This document shows positions 9,263-17,792 of a stretch of 64,000 nucleotides of DNA, one piece after another; position 1 is the first letter of the stretch, and each line of letters begins with the position of its first letter. Both the position numbers and the translations under genes were made by a program. Where the stretch lies: NCBI GenBank assembly GCA_044344255.1, contig JBIJDH010000001.1, forward strand, positions 352,001 through 416,000. Direction: 5' to 3'. This stretch comes from Myxococcota bacterium. Its GTDB lineage: Bacteria; Myxococcota_A; UBA796; UBA2385. A model generated the notes under the pieces. The model was not told the DNA's origin. It searched no databases and saw only the letters and a list, made by a program, of their open reading frames with translations.

Positions 9263-10660
9263 ATGGAAACCCGCAAGTACACCGCCGTCGTCGTGGGCTC
9301 CGGCCCCGGGGGCTACCCCTGCGCCATCCGCCTCGCCCAGCTCGGCGTGAAGACCCTCTGCATCGAGCGCGAGAACTGGGGCGGCGTCTGCCTGAACGTG
9401 GGCTGCATCCCGAGCAAGGCCCTCATCACCGCCGGCAAGAAGTTCGAGGAGCTCAACCACCTCGCCGAGATGGGCATCGCGGTGCCGGCCGGCGCCACCC
9501 TCGACATGGCTCAGCTCCAGAAGTGGAAGGCCGGCATCGTCGAGAAGCTCACGGGCGGCGTCCGCACCCTCCTCAAGGGCAACAAGGCCGACATGCTGGC
9601 CGGTGAGGCGAAGTTCATCGACGCCCACACCCTCGAGGTGGCGACGAAGGATGGCCCCGTGCGGGTCGAGGCCGAGCACATCGTCATCGCGACCGGATCG
9701 CGGCCCATCCAGGTGCCGGGCTTCTCCTTCGCCGACGACCGCGTGATGGACTCCACGAAGGCCCTCGCCCTCTCCGAGGTGCCGAAGCGCCTCGTCGTGA
9801 TCGGCGGCGGCTACATCGGCCTCGAGCTCGGCCAGATGTTGCAGAAGGTGGGGGCCAAGGTCACGGTGGTAGAGATGATGGACCAGGTGCTGCCCGGCTT
9901 CGACCCCGAGGTCGTCAAGATCGTGGCCCGGCACCTCAAGAAGAGCAAGATCGACGTCCTGCTCAAGACGAAGGCCCTCGGCTGGGAGGAGGGCGAGGAC
10001 GGCGCCGTCGTCAAGCTCCTCACCCCGGAGGGCGAGAAGACGGTGGTGGCCGACAAGATCCTCGTCACCGTCGGCCGGCGCCCCAACTCCGAGAACCTCG
10101 GCCTCCCCGGCCTCGAGCTCGAGCGCGGCCACATCAAGATCGACCGCCAGCAGAAGACGAACATCCCCGGCGTCTACGCGATCGGCGATGTCGCCACCGG
10201 CATGATGCTCGCCCACAAGGCGACCCATGAGGGGGAGATCGTGGCCGAGGTCATCGCCGGCCACAAGGCCTTCAACGACGCCCGCACCGTGCCGGCCGTG
10301 GTCTTCACCGATCCCGAGATCGCCACCGCCGGCCTCCAGGAGCAGGAGGCCGTCGCCAAGGGCTACACCGTCAAGGTCGGAAAGTTCCCCTGGGCCGCCA
10401 ACGGCCGGGCCCTCTCGATGATGGACACCGACGGCTTCGTGAAGGTGGTGGTCGACGCCGCCGATGACCGAGTGCTCGGCGTGACCATCATCGGCCCCCA
10501 CGCGAGCGACCTCATCAGCGAGGCCGCCCTGGCGATCGAGATGGACGCCGAGGCCCTCGACATCGGCCTCACCATCCACCCGCACCCCACCCTCGGGGAG
10601 GCGGTGATGGAGGCGGCCAAGGCGGCGCTCGGCCAGGCCGTGCACATCATGAACCGCTGA
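9263..10660 (+). CDS. lpdA: Dihydrolipoyl dehydrogenase (E3)
   Basis: GSGPGG, GGVCLNVGCIPSK, GGGYIGLE, HPHPTLGE. Confidence 0.97.
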   Translation: METRKYTAVVVGSGPGGYPCAIRLAQLGVKTLCIERENWGGVCLNVGCIPSKALITAGKKFEELNHLAEMGIAVPAGATLDMAQLQKWKAGIVEKLTGGVRTLLKGNKADMLAGEAKFIDAHTLEVATKDGPVRVEAEHIVIATGSRPIQVPGFSFADDRVMDSTKALALSEVPKRLVVIGGGYIGLELGQMLQKVGAKVTVVEMMDQVLPGFDPEVVKIVARHLKKSKIDVLLKTKALGWEEGEDGAVVKLLTPEGEKTVVADKILVTVGRRPNSENLGLPGLELERGHIKIDRQQKTNIPGVYAIGDVATGMMLAHKATHEGEIVAEVIAGHKAFNDARTVPAVVFTDPEIATAGLQEQEAVAKGYTVKVGKFPWAANGRALSMMDTDGFVKVVVDAADDRVLGVTIIGPHASDLISEAALAIEMDAEALDIGLTIHPHPTLGEAVMEAAKAALGQAVHIMNR

Positions 10661-10699
10661 CCGGCCGAGGTCGGAGTCGGTGTCTGCGGCGGCCTCGCC

Positions 10700-12664
10700 T
10701 CAGAGGCCGCCGAGCATCGGCAGCCAGGGCCAGGAGCAAGCGGGGGCCTCGCTCATCGCCGGGACGGTCGAGAGGTCCCACAGCAGGGCCTGCTCGTCGT
10801 CGACCACCGGCGGCCCGAAGGCGGCGGTGACCGTGGCGGCGAGCGAGTCGTCGGGGTCGAGCGACCGCGCGAAGTAGACGCCGGCGTAGCCGTGCTCGCG
10901 GAGGGCGAGCACGTCGGCGCGGACGCAGGCGACCCGCTCGGCCTCTGGCGGCGGCGCGGGCACGATGTTCTGGCTGAAGCGGGTGATGGCGTCGAGGCGG
11001 GAGAGGTAGCTCCACGGGAGGGTGGAGTCGCCGGTGGGGCGGACGTTGGCCGAGACCGCGCGCCCGTGCTGGAGCTGCCAGAGGAGGTGGACCCGCTCCA
11101 TCCGCACCGAGATGCGAGGCGGGTAGCTCGTGTTCGGCAGGCCGAGCAGCGCCCCGGCGGGGAGCGCCCGGACGCCCTCCCCGAGCGCGACCGGCAGCTC
11201 CACGGAGAAGGTGGGGCGCGGGAAGGCGTAGGGCGTGGGGTAGCTGAGCTGGTCCGCGGCCACGAGGCCGAGGGCGGCGAGGCCCACCCCCACCCGCAGG
11301 GCGGGGTGCCGGAGCCGCTCTTCGACGGCGCGGAGGCCGAACATCGCCGCGAGGCCCACCGGCACGGAGACGAAGCAGGCGATGCGCAGCCAGTTGTGCA
11401 CCACCCCGGTGAGCGGGAGGGCGGCCAGCAGGGCGGCCGGGGGGAGGTACCAGCGGGACGGCCCGCCCGGGCCGACGGCGGCGCCGGCGCTGAGCATCGG
11501 CCCCAAGGAGAGGAGCACGATCCAGAGGCCGAGCAGCCACCAGCCGAGCCCGCGGCGCCCACGGGAGAGGAGGCCGGCGAGGCCGAGGAGCAGGGCCGCG
11601 AGGCCGGGGTAGCAGAAGGCCGGGTGGAGCTGCCCCGCGTGCGCCCAGGCGTCTCGGCCGGGCCGGGCCTGGAAGCCCTCCCCGAGCGCGCCGGGCAGGC
11701 GGAGGACATCGACGAGGCGGCCGAGGGGCTCGACGAAGGACTGCCCCGCCTGTCCCGACAGGCTCGCCCGCTGGTCGACGCCCGGCCAGGGGTGGGTGGT
11801 GAGGAAGACCGCGAGGGGCGCGACCGAGAGGAGCGAGACCGCGGCGATGATCCCGAGGCGGGCGCCGAGCGAGGCCGCGCCCCGAGCCCCCTCCCGACTT
11901 GCGTCCCAGGCCATCCCGAGGGCGAGCGGCGGCACCACGAGCAGCAGCAGGGGCCCGAGGTAGGGGCCGCCCTGCACGATCGCGCCGAGGAGGAGGCCCG
12001 CCCCGACCGCGACGGCCCAGCCGCCTTCGCGGAAGGCTCGATGACAGAGCAGGATGAACCAAGGGAAGATGGCCGCGGAGAAGTACTCAGCCCGGCCGGT
12101 GAGGGGCTGGGCGACGAGGAAGGGGCCGAGGCCGGCGGTGAGCGCGCCGAGGGCGACCGGTAGGGCGTGGCCGGGGCCGAGCAGGCGGCGGCCGAGCGCC
12201 CCCATCCCGAGCACCGTGAGCGCGATCGAGGCCGCGTGCAGCGCGTTCCAGGCGAGGATCGCCCCCTCCGAGCCGCCCCCGCTGAGCCACCAGAGGGGGG
12301 CGGTGAGCAGGAGGTTGACCGGGTTCGTGGTCGGCTGCTCGAAGGGGTAGGGGTGGTCGATCGGCAGGCGGAAGGCGAAGGGCCCCGTCTCCCCGAGCGA
12401 CTGGAGGGCGGCCCAGGTGGCCCAGAGGTGCGCGGGGGCCTCCGAGGTGGCGCTGCCGAGGGCGAGGCGGCTCGGCGCGGTGAGGGCCGGCCCGCAGAGC
12501 AGGCCCACACAGAGCAGCGCCACGAGGCCGACGGCCACCGCGTCAGCGCCCCACCCGCGCGCGATCGCGGGCGCGGCGGGTGGGGGCACGGCGGGGATCA
12601 CGGCGGGGATCACGGCGGGGATCACGGCGGGGATCGCGGGGCGCTCGTCTCGCAGGTGTTTCAC
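10700..12664 (-). CDS. Polytopic membrane protein, possibly GT-C-like glycan-modifying
   Basis: About 10 or more hydrophobic segments plus C-terminal soluble domain (WQLQHGR); family assignment is inference. Confidence 0.6.
   Translation of the reverse strand: MKHLRDERPAIPAVIPAVIPAVIPAVPPPAAPAIARGWGADAVAVGLVALLCVGLLCGPALTAPSRLALGSATSEAPAHLWATWAALQSLGETGPFAFRLPIDHPYPFEQPTTNPVNLLLTAPLWWLSGGGSEGAILAWNALHAASIALTVLGMGALGRRLLGPGHALPVALGALTAGLGPFLVAQPLTGRAEYFSAAIFPWFILLCHRAFREGGWAVAVGAGLLLGAIVQGGPYLGPLLLLVVPPLALGMAWDASREGARGAASLGARLGIIAAVSLLSVAPLAVFLTTHPWPGVDQRASLSGQAGQSFVEPLGRLVDVLRLPGALGEGFQARPGRDAWAHAGQLHPAFCYPGLAALLLGLAGLLSRGRRGLGWWLLGLWIVLLSLGPMLSAGAAVGPGGPSRWYLPPAALLAALPLTGVVHNWLRIACFVSVPVGLAAMFGLRAVEERLRHPALRVGVGLAALGLVAADQLSYPTPYAFPRPTFSVELPVALGEGVRALPAGALLGLPNTSYPPRISVRMERVHLLWQLQHGRAVSANVRPTGDSTLPWSYLSRLDAITRFSQNIVPAPPPEAERVACVRADVLALREHGYAGVYFARSLDPDDSLAATVTAAFGPPVVDDEQALLWDLSTVPAMSEAPACSWPWLPMLGGL
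12589..12635. repeat. 12-bp tandem repeat x4 (encodes IPAV)
   Basis: CGGCGGGGATCA repeated. Confidence 0.9.
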
Positions 12665-12762
12665 GGCTCCCCCCTATTCAACGACCGGGGCAGGAGCCGC
12701 GCAGGCGGCGGATCCTCGGGCTGCCGGGGCTGTCAAGCCCCGAATGCGGTCACTTTATGACC

Positions 12763-12794
12763 TTGATGGTTCCACGACCCGAACGTAAGTTCAG
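12763..12794 (+). promoter_or_regulatory. Promoter with overlapping LexA-type SOS box
   Basis: TTGATG-N17-TAAGTT; CCGAAC-GTAA-GTTCAG (12779-12794) fits GAAC-N4-GTTC. Confidence 0.65.
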
Positions 12795-12797
12795 TGC

Positions 12798-13511
12798 ATG
12801 CCGCAGGCCGAGACCATCGCCGCCGCCGATCCGGGCCCCCTCCGTGGGGACCGCGGGGCCACCCTCGCCGCCCTCCGGGAGCGCATCGCGCGCATCGCCC
12901 CGGTGCGGGCCCGCGAGGGTCGCCTCTCGACCGGCATCCAGGGCCTCGACGACGTCATCGGCGGCTGGCCCCGCCCCGGCCTCTCCGAGCTCGTGGGGCG
13001 GCCCGGCTCGGGGCGGATCGGCCTCGCCCTGCCCCTGATGGTGGAGCTCACGCAGCGGCGGCAGCTCGTGGTCCTGCTCGACGGGCGCGGCTGGCTCCAC
13101 CCGCCGGGCCTGCCGGGGGTAGACCTCGAGCATGTCCTGCTCATCCGTCCAGGGCAGAGCCGCGCCGGCTGGGCGGCCGAGCAGGTGGCCCGCTCCGGCG
13201 CCGCCCCCCTCCTCGTCGTGGTCGACGGCCCGCCGCTCGGGCGGGGCGGGCGCCGGCTCCAGCACGCCGCCGAAGAGGGCGGCTGCGTCGTGCTCACGCT
13301 CAGCGAGCGCGCCGACCCTGACCTCCCGGCCGCCCTGCGGCTGGAGGTGGCGGCGGCGGATCGGATCTTGATTCGGAAGGACGGCCGAGGGGCGCGGGAG
13401 CGGGTGGTCGCCCTGGACATCGCCCCTCGGTCCGTCCTTCCCTTTCAAGCGCCCGCCCGCCCCCGCGGGGGCGATCGGCCCTACATGCAGGAGTCGGAGG
13501 GGTCGCCGTAG
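12798..13511 (+). CDS. ImuA/RecA-like protein with degenerate P-loop
   Basis: LSTGIQGLDDVIGGWPRPGLSELVGRPGSGR, GVDLEHVLLIRP, WAAEQVARSG, RRLQHAAE. Confidence 0.8.
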   Translation: MPQAETIAAADPGPLRGDRGATLAALRERIARIAPVRAREGRLSTGIQGLDDVIGGWPRPGLSELVGRPGSGRIGLALPLMVELTQRRQLVVLLDGRGWLHPPGLPGVDLEHVLLIRPGQSRAGWAAEQVARSGAAPLLVVVDGPPLGRGGRRLQHAAEEGGCVVLTLSERADPDLPAALRLEVAAADRILIRKDGRGARERVVALDIAPRSVLPFQAPARPRGGDRPYMQESEGSP

Positions 13512-14014
13512 CTCGACTCGGGGCCGCGGTTCACATGATCGAGGAACCACTGATCGAGCACGTCCTCATCGACACACTGGAGCAGCAGCCGGTGCTCCCA
13601 GCTCACAGCGGCGAAGGGGACGCCGAGCTCGCTGTAGGGCGTGAGCAGGGCCCAGACCTCGAGGGACTCGACGAGGCGGGTGAGCGTGGCCACCTCCTCC
13701 GGGCAGCCCTCCGGACAATTGTAGAGGAAGACCACGCCGCCGTGCTCGAGGTTGTGCACCCAATTCTCGTCGGGGACCTCCTCCGTGTGGACGCCCCAGG
13801 GGGCCCAGCAGGGGTTGTGGTCGCCGCCGGAGGGGGGCGGATCGGCGTAGTCGAGGGCCTCCTCGGTGTGCTCGGCGGAGGCCGCGGGGACGACCTCATC
13901 CACGCAGCCGCCCTCGCAGGCGTCGCAAGAGGCGGTGCTCGCGGTGGCGGTGGACTGGTAAGGAGCGTCCTTGCGGCAGCCGAGGAGGGCGAGGAGGGCG
14001 GGGAGGAACCACAT
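13481..14014 (-). CDS. DUF3105-type lipoprotein
   Basis: PPPSGGDH, WVHNLEHGGVVFLYNC; lipobox LLGC. Confidence 0.85.
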   Translation of the reverse strand: MWFLPALLALLGCRKDAPYQSTATASTASCDACEGGCVDEVVPAASAEHTEEALDYADPPPSGGDHNPCWAPWGVHTEEVPDENWVHNLEHGGVVFLYNCPEGCPEEVATLTRLVESLEVWALLTPYSELGVPFAAVSWEHRLLLQCVDEDVLDQWFLDHVNRGPESSYGDPSDSCM

Positions 14015-14085
14015 GGGCCCAGCTTAGCCGCTCCGCCCGCCGCCGACCCGCTCGGGGCCCCCGCGCGCGGTGGTAGCCTCCCGCC

Positions 14086-15111
14086 ATGATCCCGCCGACC
14101 CTGCTCCTCCTCGCCCTCACCGCTCCGGCTAGGTCTGCCCCCCGAGCGGCCACCACCCTACGAGAGTGGCGACACGAGGAGATCGACCCCAAGGTCAACA
14201 CAGACTTCACGGCCTTCACCGTCGGCAAGAAGCACCTGCACCTGAGCCCGCTCGGCATGAGCTATGGGCTGCTCGACAACACCGACGTCGGCACCGACTA
14301 TTTCTACTACTTTGCCCTGACCCCCAACCTGAACGTGAAGATCACGGCGATCCAGACCGAGCACTTCGACCTCTCCCTGCAGGGCGCATGGTACCGCAAG
14401 AACCTCGAGAGTGCTCCTTACAACGTACCGAACGGCGTGGTGGAGCTCACCCCGGTGGGCTTCACCGGGAGCTGGACCGCGACCCCCAAGTTCAGCCTGC
14501 ACGCCGGCGCGAACTGGAACATCGTGCGGATGGTGGGCAGCATGAAGGCCACCGACATGGCCCTGGCCATGGGCAACTTCACCGGGGTGGACGTCAACGA
14601 AGACCTCACACGGGTCCTGCTCGGCAACACGAGCGTCTATGCAGGCGGGACCTTCACCCTGAGCCAGCTCCACCTCGCGACGGAGTACCGCTTCAACCGT
14701 CGCGACAGCATCATCGCCGAGTCGAACACCTACGTCCACATGAACGGTCTGGTCGCCGGGGGCATCGCCGACACCAAGGGGGGCACCGAGATCGAGGTCG
14801 GCCCGTCGGTGCGCTTCGAGCAGGGCATGACCGGCAAGATCCCGACCATCACCTCCTTGTCATACCAGATGTCGCTGCCCCGGCTCAACGTGCGCGTGGG
14901 CGTCCCCCTGCTCCCGCCAGCGAAGAACCGCAAGCAGCTCCTCCAGACCGTGTACGGATACAATCAGGCCTTCGAGGTCTCCTGGTTGATCGGCCCCGAC
15001 CTGCCCCCCTCGCTGCTCAAGGCGCGGCGTCAAAAGGCGACGACCCGTCAGTCCACCACCATCCACAGCGACGAAGAGAGCGATGAAGAGAGCGACGAAG
15101 AGTCGGAGTGA
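14086..15111 (+). CDS. Secreted, probable outer-membrane beta-rich hypothetical protein
   Basis: Signal peptide, alternating beta-strand pattern, host-like codon usage. Confidence 0.65.
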   Translation: MIPPTLLLLALTAPARSAPRAATTLREWRHEEIDPKVNTDFTAFTVGKKHLHLSPLGMSYGLLDNTDVGTDYFYYFALTPNLNVKITAIQTEHFDLSLQGAWYRKNLESAPYNVPNGVVELTPVGFTGSWTATPKFSLHAGANWNIVRMVGSMKATDMALAMGNFTGVDVNEDLTRVLLGNTSVYAGGTFTLSQLHLATEYRFNRRDSIIAESNTYVHMNGLVAGGIADTKGGTEIEVGPSVRFEQGMTGKIPTITSLSYQMSLPRLNVRVGVPLLPPAKNRKQLLQTVYGYNQAFEVSWLIGPDLPPSLLKARRQKATTRQSTTIHSDEESDEESDEESE

Positions 15112-15172
15112 GCGGTCGACCCGCTTGGCAGGGCGGGCCGGAGCGAGTACCCTGCCGCCTCGTGAGGTAGAC

Positions 15173-17152
15173 ATGCGCGCGCCCTTCGGACTGGTCATCG
15201 CCCTCTCAGCCCTCTCCCTCTCCGCCTGCAAGGGGGAAGACTCCGCAGAGAAGGGCGACTCCGAGGCCCCGATCGAGGAGGTCTACAGCGACTGTGATCC
15301 GGTCGCGCCCACCCTCTGCGGCCTGCCCTTCCCCTCCACCTTCTACATGAAGGAGGACAGCGGCAGCCCGACCGGCTGGCGGGTCAACCTCGGCGAGACC
15401 ACGCTGCCCCTCCGCGCCGACATTGACGGCGTGCGCCTCCAGCCCGCGCCCACCTACTGGAACGAGCGCGACGGCTGGTCGGTGGGAACGCCGATGCTGG
15501 CTCACTTCCCGAGCCTCTCCCTCGACAACGTGGTGGGCCATGACCGCCTGGCTGACTCCCTCCTGGACGACAGCACCACCATCGTCATCGACGTCAACAC
15601 CGGCGAGCGGGTGGCCCACTGGGGCGAGCTCGACGTGAGCCTCGGCAAGTCTGACCGCTCGCTCTTCATGATCCGCCCCGCCGCCGCCTTCGAGTACGGC
15701 CACCGCTACGTGGTCGCGATGCGGGCCCTCAAGGACGAGGCGGGCGCCGACATCGAGCCCTCCGAGGCCTTCGCCGCCCTCCGCGACGGCGGCGCCACCG
15801 ACACCTGGGACGTCGAGGGCCGCCGCGCCACCTACGATGAGGTGGTCTTCCCCGCCCTCGAGGCCCAGGGTTGGGCCCGCGGAGAGGTCCAGCTCGCGTG
15901 GGACTTCGTGACCGGCAGCCAGGAGGGCATCACCGGCAAGGCCGTCTTCATGCGCGACGACGCGCTCGCCCAGCTCGGAGAGGGCGCCCCCGCCTACACG
16001 ATCGACGAGGTCATCCCGCTCGAGGACACCTACAAGGCCTTCGAGGTGCACGGCACGCTCACCGTGCCCCTCTACACCGAGGAGGACGGGCCGGGCACCG
16101 TGCTCACCCGCGGCGACGACGGCATGCCCTACCAGAATGGCGAGACGCACGTGCCCTTCACGGTCATCGTGCCGCGCTCGCTGGTGGACGGGGCCAAGCC
16201 CGGCGCGATCGTGCAGTACGGACACGGCCTCCTCGGCGCGCAAGATGAGGTGGGCTCGGGCTACCTCGGCGAGATCGCCGACCGCTACGGCTGGATCATC
16301 ATCGCGGTGGACTGGACCGGCATGAAGGAGGGCGACGCCGGCCAGATCTCGCTGATGCTCGTCAACGACCTCGGCGGCTTCGCCATGCTCCCCGAGCGCT
16401 GTCAGCAGGGCTTCGTCGAGTTCACCTACGCGATGCGCCTCGCCTCGAAGGGCCTCGTGAACGATCCGGTCTTCCAGGTCACCGACAGCGCCGGGGCCAC
16501 CGTGTCGCTGATCGACCCCGAGCGCCGGTACTACTACGGCAATTCCCAGGGCGGCATCCTCGGCGGCGCCTACATGGCCCTCTCCCAGGACATCGAGCGC
16601 GGCACCCTCGGCGTCGGCGGGGGCCCCTACCAGCTCCTGCTGACCCGAAGCAAGGACTTCGAACCGTTCTTCCTTCTCTTCCAGCAGATGTACCCCGACC
16701 CCGCCGACGTCGCGCTCTGGCTCGGCTACCTGCAGACCCTCTGGGACAGCGCCGAGACCACGGGCTTCGCCCGCTCGCTGACCGCGAACCCGCTGCCGAA
16801 CACGAACGCCAAGCAGGTGCTCATGCAGGTGGGCATCGGCGACGCCCAGGTGACCACCCTCGGCGCGGAGCTCCTCGCCCGGAGCACGGGCTCCACGCTG
16901 ATCAACGAGCCGGTGCGGCCGGTGTGGGGGATGGAGACGGTGGTGAGCACGACCACCGGCTCCGGCCTCGTCGAGTGGGAGTACGGCCTCGAGGAGCCCT
17001 ACACCAACACGCCCCCCTCCGACGACCAGGCCGATCCCCACGAGTGGCCCCGACGCGAGTTCAACGGCCAGGAGCAGATGGCCCACTTCTTCGCCACCGG
17101 CGAGATCAAGGACTTCTGCGGCGGCCCCTGTCAGGACCTCGCGCACGAGTGA
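15173..17152 (+). CDS. Lipoprotein with alpha/beta-hydrolase-like domain
   Basis: Lipobox LSAC; YGHGLLG and YYGNSQGG nucleophile elbow; GDAQV and DPH; RBS GAGGT. Confidence 0.75.
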   Translation: MRAPFGLVIALSALSLSACKGEDSAEKGDSEAPIEEVYSDCDPVAPTLCGLPFPSTFYMKEDSGSPTGWRVNLGETTLPLRADIDGVRLQPAPTYWNERDGWSVGTPMLAHFPSLSLDNVVGHDRLADSLLDDSTTIVIDVNTGERVAHWGELDVSLGKSDRSLFMIRPAAAFEYGHRYVVAMRALKDEAGADIEPSEAFAALRDGGATDTWDVEGRRATYDEVVFPALEAQGWARGEVQLAWDFVTGSQEGITGKAVFMRDDALAQLGEGAPAYTIDEVIPLEDTYKAFEVHGTLTVPLYTEEDGPGTVLTRGDDGMPYQNGETHVPFTVIVPRSLVDGAKPGAIVQYGHGLLGAQDEVGSGYLGEIADRYGWIIIAVDWTGMKEGDAGQISLMLVNDLGGFAMLPERCQQGFVEFTYAMRLASKGLVNDPVFQVTDSAGATVSLIDPERRYYYGNSQGGILGGAYMALSQDIERGTLGVGGGPYQLLLTRSKDFEPFFLLFQQMYPDPADVALWLGYLQTLWDSAETTGFARSLTANPLPNTNAKQVLMQVGIGDAQVTTLGAELLARSTGSTLINEPVRPVWGMETVVSTTTGSGLVEWEYGLEEPYTNTPPSDDQADPHEWPRREFNGQEQMAHFFATGEIKDFCGGPCQDLAHE

Positions 17153-17176
17153 CGGGGCCCGGCGGAGGGCGCTCGA

Positions 17177-17617
17177 TCAGGGCTGATCGGCGCGCCGCTC
17201 GTCAATCTCCACGAGGTTGACGAGGTTCCCCTCCGGGTCTTGCGCGGTGAGCAGGCGGGTGTTGCCCTCCTTCCGCGGCTGAAAGACCCGCATCCGATGC
17301 TGCTCCAAACGACGCTTCAGACCGGCCAGATCGGGCACAGCCAGCTCAAGGTAGAAGGACTGGCCGTCGCCGCGGTTGTAGCCCTGCACCTTGACCGCGT
17401 CGAGCAGCACTACCTTGACCGGCCCCGCCTGCAGCAGCAGGTGGTTTCGGCCGCGGCCGACGATCTTGAGCCCGAGCAGATCGACGTAAAATTCCCGAGC
17501 GACCGCGAAATTCCGACACGGGATCGTGACCCCTTTGAGGCGGGTCGCGCCCCGATCAGCCCGCTCGGCGGAGGTGGAGCCGGGGCGTGTGCGGGACCAG
17601 AAGCCGCGGGTGCTCAC
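17177..17617 (-). CDS. VOC/glyoxalase family protein
   Basis: AREFYVDLLGL, LAVPDL, DPEGNLVNL. Confidence 0.85.
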   Translation of the reverse strand: MSTRGFWSRTRPGSTSAERADRGATRLKGVTIPCRNFAVAREFYVDLLGLKIVGRGRNHLLLQAGPVKVVLLDAVKVQGYNRGDGQSFYLELAVPDLAGLKRRLEQHRMRVFQPRKEGNTRLLTAQDPEGNLVNLVEIDERRADQP

Positions 17618-17733
17618 AGGGTGTGGCTCACGGGGGGGTGGCTCACGGAGAGGTGGCGCACGGAGAGGTGGCTCACGGAGAGGGTGCTCACAGGGTGTGG
17701 CTCACGGGGTGACGCTCGGGGTGGCTCACGGGG
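17608..17733. repeat. Intergenic imperfect ~15-bp tandem array
   Basis: About nine GCTCAC-like cores, unit GGTGGCTCACGGAGA. Confidence 0.85.
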
Positions 17734-17792
17734 ACGCGACGGCCGAGCGATGCTACAGCATTCCCCGTCACGGGCACGTTAGGAACGCGCCG

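Noticed and set aside
17608..17733. CRISPR array
   Set aside because: Period about 15 bp, no unique spacers, no cas genes.
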